NCBI GenBank assembly: GCA_002269645.1
Contig: NIVC01000031.1
Coordinates: 372,001-436,000 of the forward strand
DNA length: 64,000 bases
Direction of reading: 5' to 3'
Origin: Macrostomum lignano
Lineage: Eukaryota
The translations under genes and the position numbers were made by a program. Under the pieces are notes generated by a model. It had not been told where the DNA came from. It searched no databases and saw only the letters and a list, made by a program, of their open reading frames with translations. Shown in pieces: positions 48,091 through 62,164 of this stretch. Within the stretch, counting starts at the first letter, position 1. Each line of letters opens with the position of its first letter.

Positions 48091-51000
48091 AGTACATCAA
48101 GTATATTTTGGTATTAAATTCAAGACATCGGTGGAATAAGCACGAATTCTAAGCCGAAAACGAAAACTTGCTTCTTAGAAAAAGTAAAATTTGAAATTTG
48201 CACAACGCTTTTAGGACAGTACAAAATCAGTATAAAAATAAATGAAGTGTAAATTAATTTGTGCTTTTTATTTTTGTAAATAAAGTATAGTGTTAAATAC
48301 TTTTACAGTGAATAAAACAAAAATATTTGTTTTACAGGGTATTTTTTACGGTAAATCAGGACCAGTTTCTAACACGTTTTCTATTATTTTTTTACCAGCG
48401 GCCGCGGATTGTGCTGTTGTGCCATTTTTGCTAACTCGGACCTAACTGTCATGCTACTTACTAAGAGTGAGACTTGAGTCGACAGTCAACATTTTTTGAT
48501 TTGAACCGTTGTTTTCTTATGTTTTTTTACGATTAGTTTTCCTAATAGGCCCTATTAATACTGTAATGTAATAGCTCCTTTTAAATTTTAATAGCCTAGT
48601 AGGGGCACTAGTGCCATTTCAAGCATCATATCTTTGGTTCAGTGCTCATCAACTAGGCCTAGTCCTTAGGCCTGATTATAAATGAATTTATACATCAAAA
48701 AATTTGACAAGAAATGTGTAACACGGGATATCCCTAGGCCTATCCTGCTGCATTCATTTCAAACACATGAGTGCATTTGTCATTAGGTCTATAGTTTGTT
48801 AATACAGGCTAGTCAGAGACACATCAATCAAAGCTGGCTGCTGGCAGATGTTGTGCAGAAGGGTATTTATAATAATTAGTATACCTAGTCAATAGTCATT
48901 TCATTTTAGCCTTCTTGGCTTCTTTACTTTAGGATTTGGGCCTAGCGCCTAGTTATAGTTGAATTCTGGTTGTTTTGCCCCTAATTTGGCCTAAACTATT
49001 TCAGCCACATGCCATTGACATTTTGCCCCCAGACCATTTTGCCCATAGTCTGTTGCTCATAAACCAGTTTGGCAATGGGTGCTCATTGCTTTGGCCAAAA
49101 TAATGATTAGGCCTATGTATTAACTAGAGATACAACCATACATGTATCTTTATTTTCTTTTTTCAATGCTAATTTTTTATTTTAATTTGTAATAAAAAAT
49201 GATATAATATAAATTGTTGCTACAACAATTGTGTTATTACGTTATTTCGATTTTGTTTATTACAATTGTGAATTGTTATAAGTTTTTTAAAGTTATTCCT
49301 TTCAAAAGTGCAATCCAATTAAAGCCAATTTGTATAATCAAACTCCAAGGGTGAGAAAGGGTTTCACTTTCAGAGTTACAAGCAAGATAAAGCCAAAAAT
49401 ACTAAACAAATAAGATTTGTCACCAAAATTGAAAATCAAAGCACAGTGTAAAATTGTGATAAAGTATAAAAGTAGGCAATCTTTTAGTTTCGCATGTTTA
49501 ATTCAAACTGTTTTTAAAATGACAGTTAACGACATTTTTTTATGTTTTATGCCTCAGATGGCATAATAGTGTACCACCTAGAAAAGGATATTCCCAAGGT
49601 GTTGCATAGGTGTCAGCGATGCCAGAGAAATTTGTCCAAGTGGGTATTGAATAGGGCCTTAGATGTGCCATGCATGGCCCTGAAATGGGCCTTAGCGTGG
49701 GCCTGCCGCCCATGTGCCCTCCACTGTGTTCGTGTGGACTTCTGGGTAGTTAGGGTCCACAACATACATGCTTTTAGTTTTTTGCAGTCACAAGGGGTAG
49801 TAAATTGGCAGTTGATGAAGTGACCAATATTGGTTGGAGTAAGCCTACTCCTTATTAGCCAGTTGACAAAGTGACCAAGGTTTGAGACTGCTTTATTTTT
49901 TGGCTAGGCCTAGTTAAGACAACAACAATGTAAAAAGAGAGTTGACGAAATAGCCTGTTTATAAAATGCCAATTGACAAAATGACAAGGGCTAAAAGTCT
50001 AAGACCTAGATCTAGATGATTACCATCCTAGGCTCTTATCCCCATCTCTTTTTGGTAATGAATAGGCTAAGGGAATATCTTCCTATTCTTTGATAGGGTG
50101 ATCTATTATAATTTTTTTAATACAATACGAGAATTAAGAAAAATAAATGTTATATGCAATGATTTTTATGAAATTTTAGTATAATGTGCTATGCTAAGGC
50201 TAAGGCCTATTTTAATTTTTAACAATGCTAGGAAAAAGGATTGACCATTTAACCACCCCTAGAAGTGCTAGGCCCTATGCTGTGGCACCTGTGAGGTGCT
50301 GCCATTGTTTATAAGCCAATTTGGTTGAATCAAACTAAATAGTTGCCAAAGTGGCAAAATTGAATTCTTGCATAAAATAAGATAATATTCCTATTTCAAT
50401 ATTATTAGTCAGCAAGCTATAAAACTATATAACTTAATTGAAATTACAAAAAAATATATTAGTGCATATATATAATAATATCTAAATTCTAAAGTGTTTA
50501 ATTCAATTTTTTAGAATTAGATAAGACTGGCCTTCTACTTTTTGTTAGGATCTTAGACTTGAACTTCTTATTCTAAATCATAGAAATAGGGTTAGAATCT
50601 ATTTACCAATTTAATTAATAATAAACCTATTAATTTTATACTTTGATTTTGTAATCTTGTCCAAGCCTAACTTTGAATTTAGCTTTTTAGGCTAGTTTCA
50701 AAGATATCATAAAACAAAGCCTATTTTTTAAATTCTAATAGATGTTACTAAGTTAAAAATTTTATTGGATTTCAGTATAACATTAAAAGAATATAACTTT
50801 CTATTACAATTCATTCATTTCAGTTTTTCTCAAATATTAAGTTTATATAATGTAATGCTATTGCAATCTACATAAGCTATATTGATAGTTTATTTAATCG
50901 AAAATTGTTTCAAATTTCAGTATATATAATTCTCTAGGCTCTTGAAAATCTGAAAGTGTTAACCATTACATTTTGGTGAAAATTAAGCAAAAATCTACGT

Positions 51001-51142
51001 ATCAATATTTTTAAAATTATTTTCATAGTATTTCTTTGGACTTTGGTTCTGATACATTGGCTTTGATCAGAGTACATCTCTAGGAGTAATGATTGCATTA
51101 AACAAAGTGGTTATATTTTAAAGCTATGGTTAAATTAAATGC

Positions 51143-54100
51143 ATGGCAGACTTTTCATCCCTGCTGACAGAAATTGACCACTACCTTGGTTGTAGTGGTA
51201 AGCAGCAAGACAGTGGCGCCAGCAACAATGAGCTGGTGCTGTCCCATCGAATTGATGTAAGTCTTTGTTTACTAGACCCAATTGTCTCCTCAATTGCATT
51301 TGCCAAATGTCAACTGATATGCCTCTTAGATATGAATCCCTAGATCCCATTTCTTTTTGCAAATCTTATTCCCACATCCTAGTCTGTTCCCAGACCCCAT
51401 TCTCTCATTTTCTTCCCAGATCCCATTCTCTTCCTAGATCCCATTCTTTTCCCAGATCCCATTCCCTTCTTCCCTTGGCACTTGTATAGCTTATATTGAT
51501 TGATATATTGATCTATATTTATTGAATTCCATAACAATTTACAGCATTTCTTGGGTCTGCACCCGTCACAACTGGAGCTGGAATCCGACGTGACTCGTGA
51601 TTGCCTGGAAGCGCTGCTGGAATTGCTTGTTACCGGGCGTAGTGGAGTGTCTCATTCTGTTCGGCGCAGATGCGTAAAGCTACTGACCCACCTGGGTGAG
51701 TTCATTTCAGTTACGTTAGATAAAACTTACGTGTTTCTATTTAAGATTACTAAGATTATAATTGGGATTTCGGATTCAAATAGTTATCTATATGATATTA
51801 TTAAAGGGATTTATTATAAGATTTTAACTGAAATTTATGAGATTCTAATTCAAGAGATTTTTATGAGATTCTAATTCGAATTTATAGATTCTAATTGGGA
51901 TTTTTATGAAATTATAATTGGGCTTTTTTGAGATTCTAATTCGGATTTATGAAATTCTAATTGGTAGTTTAATGAGATTCTAATTCGGATTTATGAAATT
52001 CTAATTCGCATTTATGAGATTCTAATTGAGATTTGAGTTTCTAATTGGGATTCATGGAATTCTAATAGGGATTCATGAGATCATGCTAATTGAGATTTTT
52101 GAGTTTCTAATTGGTATTTATGCGATTCTAATTTAGTTATTTGAGATTCTGATTGAAATTTCTGTGAATATAATAGGGATTTATGAAATTTTAATAGGGA
52201 TTTATGAGATTCGAAAAGAGATTTATGATAACAGACATTTATTGCCCATTCCTCATAAATTTTCAGCAAGCAGTCGAGCGTGGCAGGAGACGCTGCTGGA
52301 ATCGCACAGCTGCTTAGATCGTCTGCCAGTGTTCTTTCACCAGCGTCCATCGCATCCGTTGCTGACTGACGGCCTGTGCTTGCTGCAGGCGCTCTGCTTT
52401 GATTATCATTTTGGCGCTTGGACTGACGGTGACAGGGCTGCGGCAGTTGCCTCCGTGGTTTCCGTGCTGCTGTTCTATCTCAGGTAGGCTTGTAATATAG
52501 CTTCAGGGAGGGGTGGGTAGCCTAAAAACTTCAGGGAGGGGTTTGTAGTATGATAAAACAGCAAAGTGGGGTTTTGTAGCCTGATAAAACTTCAGGTAGG
52601 GGTTTGTAGCCTGATAAAACTTCAGAGAATGGTTATTAGCCTGATAAAACTTCAGGGAGGGGTTAGTAGCTTGATAAAACTTCAGGGAGGAATTAGTAGC
52701 TTGATAAAACTTCAGGGAGGGGTTAGTAGCCTGATAAAACTTCAGAGAATAGTTATTAGCCTGATAAAAATTCAGGGAGGGGTTAGTAGCCTGATAAAAC
52801 TTCAGGGAGGGATTAGTAGCCTGATAAAACTTCAGGGAGGGGTTAGTAGCCTGATAAAACTTCAGAGAATAGTTATTAGCCTGATAAAACTTCAGAGAAT
52901 AGTTATTAGCCTGATAAAACTTCAGAGAATAGTTATTAGCCGGATAAAACTTCAGGGAGGGGTTAGTAGCTTGATAAAACTTCAGAGAATAGTTATTAGC
53001 TTGATAAAACTTCAGGTAGGGGTTTGTAGCCTGATAAAACTTCAAAGAATAGTTATTAGCTTGATAAAACTTCAGGTAGGGGTTTGTAGCCTGATAAAAC
53101 TTCAGAGAATAGTTATTAGCCTGATAAAACTTCAGGGAGGGGTTAGTAGCTTGATAAAACTTCAGAGAATAGTTATTAGCCTGATAAAACTTCAGGGAGG
53201 GGTTAGTAGCTTGATAAAACTTCAGAGAATAGCTATTAGCCTGATAAAACTTCAGGGAGGGGTTAGTAGCTTGATAAAACTTCAGAGAATAGTTATTAGC
53301 TTGATAAAACTTCAGGGAGGGGTTAGTAGCTTGATAAAACTTCAGAGAATAGTTATTAGCCTGATAAAACTTCAGGGAGGGGTTAGTAGCCTGATAAAAC
53401 TTCAGAGAATAGTTATTAGCCTGATAAAACTTCAGGGAGGGGTTAGTAGCTTGATAAAACTTCAGAGAATAGTTATTAGCTTGATAAAACTTCAGGGAGG
53501 GGTTAGTAGCTTGATAAAACTTCAGAGAATAGTTATTAGCCTGATAAAACTTCAGAGAATAGTTATTAGCTTGATAAAACTTCAGGTAGGGGTTTGTAGC
53601 CTGATAAAACTTCAAAGAATAGTTATTAGCTTGATAAAACTTCAGGTAGGGGTTTGTAGCCTGATAAAACTTCAGGGAGGGGTTAGTAGCTTGATAAAAC
53701 TTCAGGGAGGGATTAGTAGCCTGATAAAACTTCAGGGAGGGGTTAGTAGTCTAAGAAAGCTTCAGGGAGGGTTCGTAATTTAGTAAAACTTAAAGGATGA
53801 AAGTTTAGTAATCCACATGATTCAAGAAGGGCTTGATATCACAAATTATTATAAACAGTTTTGTAAAATACCCTAATTAAAGCTATTTTCAGGGTTTAAC
53901 AAACATAATATGCTTAAAAATTACACCGACTAATTACTGAATCTATTAATTAAGTAGTGAATTCAGGGCATGTGGTGAACAGAAATCATAGACCTTTATT
54001 TTTTTATGATTTTAACTTCCCCAGAAACGACTCGGACATGGCAATCTACGAACCATCGCTTGGCATTCTCGCTTCCCTGCTTCGCGGCAATACCGACTGC

Positions 54101-57100
54101 CAGAATTTGGTTCGCAATTCTGACAAGTTTCACTGGCTAAAAAAGCAGCTATTGAAAAATTTGGAGAATCCGTCATTAAGCATTACTATTTATTCAATGT
54201 CGCTAATCTACTATCTTGGTGGGTGTGGTGAACAGCTGTTTAACTGTCCAACCAATTCCTATCAGAGCATTCAAGCTGTGTTTCATGTACTACTGACTGG
54301 CAGTTGCAATAGTAGATGGGCGCCATTGTATTCCGCTAATTTGCTTATTGATATTGCCACTTCTGGCTTCAATCAGGACTTGTTGCCTACTTATGAGTAT
54401 TTGCCAGTCTGCTTGGGACCGCTGTTGGATCAGCTGACAGCGGAGAAGCTGCTTCAAGGCAAAGTGAGTGAAATGTTTGTCCCTGTGTCGTCTGACATCC
54501 AGTTGCCTCTACACACATATCCTTGTCTCTTCTTAACTCCCATTCTCCCAGATCCCATTCTCAATTCCCAGACCCCATTCTCTTCCCAGAACCCATTACC
54601 TTCTCAGATCCCCTTACCTTCTCAGATCCCCTTACCTTCCCAGATCCCATTATCTTCCTAGATTCCATTCTCTTCCCAAATCCCATTCTATCTCTCTTCC
54701 CAAATCCCATTCTATCTCTTCCTAGATCCCAATATTTTCCCAGATCCCATTCTCTTCCCGAATCCCATTCTCTTCCCAAATCCCATTCTCTTCCCGAATC
54801 CCATTCTCTTCCCGAATCCCATTCTCTTCCCAAATCCCATTCTCTTCCCAAATCCCATTCTCTTCCCAAATCCCATTCTCTTCCCAAATCCCATTCTCTT
54901 CCCAAATCCCATTCTCTTCCCGAATCCCATTCTCTTCCCTAATCCCATTCTCTTCCCAAATCCCATTCTCTTCCCGAATCCCATTCTCTTCCCAAACCCC
55001 ATTCTCTTCCCGAATCCCATTCTCTTCCCAAATCCCATTCTCTTCCCAAATCCCATTCTCTTCCCAAATCCCATTCTCTTCCCGAATCCCATTCTCTTCC
55101 CAAACCCCATTCTCTTCCCGAATCCCATTCTCTTTCCAAATCCCATTCTCTTCCCAAATCCCATTCTCTTCCCGAATCCCATTCTCTTCCCAAACCCCAT
55201 TCTCTTCCCAAATCCCATTCTCTTCCCAAATCCCATTCTCTTCCCAAATCCCATTCTCTTCCCGAATCCCATTCTCTTCCCGAATCCCATTCTCTTCCCG
55301 AATCCCATTCTCTTCCCAAACCCCATTCTCTTCCCGAATCCCATTCTCTTTCCAAATCCCATTCTCTTCCCAAATCCCATTCTCTTCCCAAATCCCATTC
55401 TCTTCCCAGATCCCATTATCTTCCCAGATCCTATTCGCTTCCCAAATCCCATTCTCTTCCCAAATCCCATTCTCTTCCTAAGTCTTGATTTCCTAGATCC
55501 CTTAACTGCTTTATCCTTTGTTAATACACCCAGTTTCTAAACTCTCAGTAGAATTTGATACCGCTATAATTCTTTCCCATTTGACCAGATCCTGGAAGTA
55601 CTTCATGTACTATGCAACCACGAGCGCAGTCGCAAGTTAGTATTCGATCAGATCCTATTAAACTCAGCACTGCAAAGCGACACCACTGATGCTAAATTAA
55701 AGAATAGCAATTTAGCTTTCGTAGCCATTCTGTCTGCCGCTCAAGACTCCTGCGATTCCGCTGTGAAAGCTGTCCGTCTGTTAACTGATCTATATAAGCA
55801 TTATGTGGATTCCCAGTGCCAGTCTAAGCACAGACTCGAACTAGTGCTCAACTATCTGTTGCCACAGCTTAGCGTGGACAGTCTGCAGTTTAATCAGCAC
55901 GTTACAGAAGCTTTCGAACGTAATGTTGTTCGACTGGGCGCTTATTGCAAACTGCTGGGCTGTAAGAATGCTTTTTCAAGTGTCAATTCTCCCAGATCCC
56001 CATTAGCTACCCCAATCTCCCAGATCCCCATTAGCTACAGTTCTCCCAGATCCCCATTAGCTACGTACAGTTCTCCCATATCCCCATTAGCTACAGTTCT
56101 CCCAGATCCCCATTAGCTACTGTTCTCCCAGATCCCCATTAGCTACAGTTCTCCCAGATCCCCATTAGCTACAATTCTCCCAGATCCCCACTAGCTACAA
56201 TTCTTCTAGATCCCCATTAACTACAAGTGTCCCAGATCCCCATGAGTTACAATTCTCCCAGATCCCTATGAGTTACAATTCTCCCAGATCCCCATGAGTT
56301 ACAATTCTCCCAGATCCCTATTAGCTACGATCTCCCATATCCCTATTAGCTACAATTCTCCCAGATCCCCATGAGTTACAATTCTCCCAGATCCCTATTA
56401 GCTACGATCTCCCATATCCCTATTAGCTACAATTCTCCCAGATTCCCATGAGTTACAATTCTCCCAGATCCCTATGAGTTACAATTCTCCCAGATCCCCA
56501 TGAGTTACAATTCTCCCAGATCCCTATTAGCTACGATCTCCCATATCCCTATTAGCTACAATTCTTTCAGATTCCCATGAGCTACAATCTCCTAGATCCC
56601 TATTAGCTACAATTCTCCCAGATCCCCATTAGCTACAATTCTCCCAGATCCCCATTAGCTACAATTCTCCCAGATCACCATTAGCTACAATTCTCCCAGA
56701 TACCCATTAGCTACAGTTCTCCCAGATCCCCATTAGCTACAATTCTCCCAGATCCCCACTAGCTACAATTCTTCTAGATCCCCATTAACTACAAGTGTCC
56801 CAGATCCCCATGAGTTACAATTCTCCCAGATCCCTATGAGTTACAATTCTCCCAGATCCCCATGAGTTACAATTCTCCCAGATCCCTATTAGCTACGATC
56901 TCCCATATCCCTATTAGCTACAATTCTTTCAGATTCCCATGAGCTACAATCTCCTAGATCCCTATTAGCTACAATTCTCCCAGATACCCATTAGCTACAA
57001 TTCTCCCAGATCCCCATTAGCTACAATTCTCCCAGATCCCCATTAGCTACAATTCTCCCAGATACCCATTAGCTACAATTCTCCCAGATCCCCATTAGCT

Positions 57101-60100
57101 ACAATTCTCCCAGATCCCCATTAGCTACAGTTCTCCCAGATCCCCATTAGCTACAATTCTCCCAGATCCCCATTAGCTACAATTCTCCCAGATCCCCACT
57201 AGCTACAATTCTTCTAGATCCCCATTAACTACAAGTGTCCCAGATCCCCATGAGTTACAATTCTCCCAGATCCCCATGAGTTACAATTCTCCCAGATCCC
57301 CATTAGCTACAGTTCTCCCAGATCCCCATTAGCTACAATTCTCCCAGATCCCCATTAGCTACAACTCTCCCAGATCCTCACTAGCTACAATTCTCCCAGA
57401 TCCCCATTAGCTAGCATTCTCCCAGAATCCCCATTAGCTAGCATTCTCCCAGAATCCCCATTAGCTAGCATTCTCCCAGATCCCCATTAGCTAGCATTCT
57501 CCCAGATCCCCATTAGCTAGCATTCTCCCAGAATCCCAGATCGCCATTATCGTGCAATTCCGCAGACCTGTGCAACCAGCCGCAATGGTGCGATCTGATT
57601 GGTCGCCAACTGGTAACTGAACGCTGCCTCGACCTACTTGATTGGCTAGCGAGCAAGTGCTGCTATGTGGGACGATCGCAAGATTATCGCAGGCGCTCTT
57701 GGATCTACTTTGGCCAAGTGTGCAGCATCCGTTTGCTGTGGCTATTGTGCCGGATTAGCAATTTTGGCGTCAATAGTAACAAGCCTTTAGCCAATCAGAT
57801 TGAAGCTAGACTTTCTACTGATACTACTGAGACTAGTAGTAACGGCGAACATCCAAAGCAATCTTCAACATCGTGTTCCCTGGCTCGTCTACTAGCTTGC
57901 GGTCTCGTCTATCATTGCTATTCTGGGGGACCATATAGCAATGCCAGCATTGGTGGCTCTGGCGCAGCCGTGTCCGACTATTGCGGGGATCAGATTGTGG
58001 AATGTGCCCTTCGTATAGTGTGCCTGGCTGGGCAGAAGCTTATACCCAGGTGAGTAGTATGAACTGTGTTTGTATATCATTTCAATTTTAGGTGTCATTT
58101 GGGTGTTTGGGATCAAAGTGTCGCCGACTGAGGGATTAGGGATTGTGTTTGGGATCAAACATCGAAGTGTCGCCGACTGAGGGATTAGGGATTTTGTTTG
58201 GGATCAAAGTGTCACCGACTGAGGCAATATGGATTTTGTTTGGGATCAAAGTGTCACCGACTGAGGCAATAGGAATTTTGTTTGGGATCAAAATGTCGCC
58301 GACTGAGGCAATAGGGATTTTGTTTGGGATCAAAGTGTCACCGACTGAGACAATAGGGATTTTGTTTGGGATCAAAATGTCGCCGACTGAGGCATTAGGG
58401 ATTTTGTTTGGGATCAAAGTGTCGCCGACTGAGGGATTAGGGATCATTGTGTTTGGGATTAAAGTGTCACTGATTGAGTAGGGATCAAGAGGAATCGAAT
58501 AAAAATGTAACTTAATTGATAGATTAGAATTTCAGAAGGGTCTGTGGTACAGAATGTTCAGCAGTGTCACCTTTATAGTCTTTGTTTCCACTGTCTTGGT
58601 TTTTGCAGCGTTTCCCGCGAACTGGCCTCACTATTGTCTCAGCGTCATCGCTTGGCTTTAGCCTCAACCAATAATGGTATCGCTAGAGGCCCTTCAGCGT
58701 TGCCTAGTAACGGTTGCTATGCGGGTAGCATCGGTCTCGGCGTTGAACTGATGAACGGCCACGGTGTCGCGGTTGGTTCGACAACTTCAACGTCTGCATC
58801 TGCCGGCAGCAGCGGTGGCGGCGGCGGTGCAGTCAACGGTGGACACGAGCTGGGCAGCGGTCAGCTGGATCAGCTGATTAACGATGTTAAAAACAGGCTG
58901 AATGTGAGTGCTTTATCTAATCTGTTTCTTTTTCATTGCAACTTAGGTATGTGCTCAGGGGTCAGTGAAATGGGACGAATTGCCTCAAGTAGTGACCCTG
59001 GGCGACTCTTTTATCTTTTTAACGACTCATTAGACTGTAATGCAACGGAAAGGCGACTGTTGAGTCTCGTGAGTTGCAAAACCGTATAATAGTCGTCTCT
59101 GAGTGACCACCCTGAGTCTCTGAGTGACCACCCTGAGTCTCTTCAGTGACCACTCTGAGTCTCTTGAGTGACCACCCTGAGTCTCTTGAGTGACCACCCT
59201 GAGTCTCTTCAGTGACCACTCTGAGTCTCTTGAGTGACCACTCTGAGTCTCTTCAGTGACCACTCTGAGTCTCTTGAGTGACCACCCTGAGTCTCTTGAG
59301 TGACCACTCTGAGTCTCTTGAGTGACCACTCTGAGTCTCTTCAGTGACCACTCTGAGTCTCTTGAGTGACCACCCTGAGTCTCTTGAGTGACCACCCTGA
59401 GTCTCTTCAGTGACCACTCTGAGTCTCTTGAGTGACCACTCTGAGTCTCTTCAGTGACCACTCTGAGTCTCTTGAGTGACCACCCTGAGTCTCTTGAGTG
59501 ACCACCCTGAGTCTCTTGAGTGACCACCCTGAGTCTCTTGAGTGACCACCCTGAGCCTCTTGAGTGACCACCCTGAGTCTTCAGTGACCACTCTGAGTCT
59601 CTTCAGTGACCACTCTGAGTCTCTTCAGTGACCACTCTGAGTCTCTGAGTGACCACCCTGAGTCTCTGAGTGACCACCCTGAGTCTCTGAGTGACCACCC
59701 TGAGTCTCTTGAGTGACTACCCTGAGTCTCTTCAGTGACCACTCTGAGTCTCTGAGTGACCACCCTGAGTCTCTGAGTGACCACCCTGAGTCTCTGAGTG
59801 ACCACCCTGAGTCTCTGAGTGACCACCCTGAGTCTCTTGAGTGACCACCCTGAGTCTCTGAGTGACCACCCTGAGTCTTGAGTGACCACCCTGAGTCCTC
59901 AGTAAGCATCCTGACTGCTTTCATCTGTACCAGCTAGTTTCGGGACATTGTCGCCGAAGACTCTTGAAATTATTAATGGTACTATAAGGACGCCAGCATT
60001 TCATTTGCATTCATAACCACCCCCTCCCTCTAACAAAAACTTTTGCACAGCTGAAGGACACTCGAGTCTCAGACCTGCTCACACTGTACGAATCCAAGCT

Positions 60101-60467
60101 GCAAGCCTGTCAACTCAGCGAAGAATCTTTAATTGCCTACGCCGCCGCTCAATCCGACGCACTGTCCCGTTGTCAAGCGGTTGCTAGGCGCCAAGCTCAG
60201 CGCTCGGCCGCTCTGGAGGCGGAATGCGCCAAACTACGCGGAGCTACGGCTGACGCCGAAAAAGCGCAAGAGTCGCTGCGCGTGCTTGAACGCGAGAAAG
60301 CGGCAAATGAGGCCAGACTGGTGAAAGAGGTGAAGTCTGCTCAGCGGAATGCTGAGCGGCTGCAGGCCCTGCTGGACCAGACCGAGCGGGAGAAGCTGGA
60401 GATGGCCGAGAGGAATAACCAGCTGAAGAATATCCTCATGTCCGCCTCTGCTGTGTTTAAGTCTTAG
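51143..60467 (+). CDS. CIP2A: CIP2A (KIAA1524) orthologue, ~829 aa; exons 51143-51256, 51545-51695, 52267-52483, 54025-54463, 55589-55961, 57566-58049, 58609-58903, 60051-60467
   Basis: Seven phase-consistent GT-AG introns (2490 nt). Segments resemble human CIP2A as I recall it: PSLGILASLLRGN ~ PCLGLLANLCRHN; YSANLLIDI ~ YSVDLLMDL; ILEVLHVLC ~ VLELLLAFC; DTRVSDLLTLYESKL ~ DVRISDIMDVYEMKL; C-terminal coiled coil. Confidence 0.9.
51830..52215. repeat. Degenerate ~21-bp minisatellite (gagattctaattgggatttat) in CIP2A intron 2
   Basis: Direct, diverged units. Confidence 0.8.
52520..53775. repeat. 30-bp minisatellite (ctgataaaacttcagggaggggttagtagc, with a gagaatagttatt variant) in CIP2A intron 3
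   Basis: Direct; two interleaved unit types. Confidence 0.97.
54530..55480. repeat. 18-bp minisatellite (cccaaatcccattctctt) in CIP2A intron 4
   Basis: Direct. Confidence 0.97.
55985..57540. repeat. ~26-bp minisatellite (ctcccagatccccattagctacaatt) in CIP2A intron 5
   Basis: Direct. Confidence 0.97.
58100..58470. repeat. 42-bp minisatellite (gggattttgtttgggatcaaagtgtcgccgactgaggcaata) in CIP2A intron 6
   Basis: Direct; 14-aa period in the ORF track. Confidence 0.95.
59098..59900. repeat. 20-22-bp minisatellite (gagtgaccaccctgagtctctt) in CIP2A intron 7
   Basis: Direct. Confidence 0.97.
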
Positions 60468-60477
60468 GCGCTGACTG

Positions 60478-60549
60478 ACTGTGTCTGTCTGTCTGGGTCT
60501 GTCTGTCTGTCTGTCTGTATGTATGTATGTATGTATGTATGTATGTATA

Positions 60550-60618
<69 letters not shown>

Positions 60619-60625
60619 GTCTGTA

Positions 60626-60696
<71 letters not shown>

Positions 60697-60697
60697 A

Positions 60698-60748
<51 letters not shown>

Positions 60749-60875
60749 ATGTCTGTCTGTCTGTCTGTCTGTCTGTGTATCTGTCTGTCTGTTTTAGTCT
60801 CTGTGTCTGTCTGTTTGTTTTAGTCTCTGTGTCTGTCTGTTTGTTTTAGTCTCTGTGTCTGTGTCTGTCTGTCTA
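60478..60875. repeat. (CTGT)n/(ATGT)n microsatellite just after the CIP2A stop codon
   Basis: Direct. Confidence 0.97.
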
Positions 60876-61719
60876 TTAAACTTAAGTCAACTGTACAAAC
60901 TAACAAGAATTGTTGGACATTAAGAAGTCAATTTAATTTATTTATTCTTACAAATATATCTTGTCAGCTTGCGGCTCCGTGCTGCTGTAACTACTAGTAT
61001 CATGCACATCATTTTTACTCACCAGAAGCCTCTGCCGCAGCACAAAATCAAAATGCATTCTCAATTGGTTCAGTTTAGCCTGTTTACAGACCTTTTTCGC
61101 CTATTTATAATTATTATTTTTGCCAAATAACATCGCTTCTGCCATTAGTCTGTCTCTATTTTTCCTATGTGAGCATTTTCTTATTTACAATTGTTGAATT
61201 TTTCTAATTTATTTTGAAAATTAGAAATTGCATGAGGCGTGTAAATATCCTTATTAAATAATTCCCCTATTGCTTTTGTATGACCGCCAATTTTTACTGC
61301 TTAAAATAGGCTTTTAAATCCCAATTACTTCGTCAAAATTAATTGAATTTATAATATTGCATGCCAATTATTTTATTCAATTTGAACTATTTTTCTATTT
61401 ATTTTTATATAACTGTTGAATTTATTTACAATTGTGTGCATGCCAATTAATGAATGGTTAATTTTATTGTCCACTCTCTAAGTTTTTTTAGCTCTCAGTC
61501 ATTAGAGAAGTGCATACATTATGTATAAAGCATCACTAATTTCTATATTGCTAATTATTGTTGTGGATGAAGCGAAAATAATATACATATTATAAATACA
61601 TATTTCCGCTTAAAGCTGCTGTGCCAGAGCAGGTTGATAATTAATAAAACTTGATTTGCATTTGTCAAATCATTTTAACTAACTGCTTTTTAGAACCAAC
61701 CTTAACTCTCAGCGAACCT

Positions 61720-62085
61720 AAATGTACACTCGCTCTTTCCTTACCCCTTAATAACAATCTAAATGTACACTTGCTCATCCCTTACCCCTTAGCAATCCTA
61801 ATGTACACTCGCTCTTCCCTTACCCCTTAATAACAATCTAAATGTACACTCGCTCTTCCCTTACCCCTTAGCAATTCTAATGTACACTTACTCTTCCCTT
61901 ACCCCTCAGCCACTCCAATGTACACTCGCTCTTCCCTTACCGCTTAAGAATCCAAATGTACACTCGCTCTTCCCTTACCCCTCAGCCACCCCAATGTACA
62001 CTCGCTCTTCCCTTACCCCTCAGCCACCCCAATGAACACTCGCTCTTCCCTTACCCCTCAGCCACCCCAATGAACACTCGCTCTT
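61720..62085. repeat. ~38-bp minisatellite (aatgtacactcgctcttcccttacccctcagccacccc) upstream of ZNF277
   Basis: Direct. Confidence 0.9.
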
Positions 62086-62164
62086 ATCAGCAGTTTTATT
62101 ATTTCGAAAATAACTACACTCAATTTCAGCTCTTGCGAATATACATCAGTACCAGCCAGGCGTA

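Noticed and set aside
52503-59924. Repeat-peptide ORFs in CIP2A introns (KFYQA..., GFGKRM..., RDSGWSL...)
   Set aside because: Translations of intronic minisatellites
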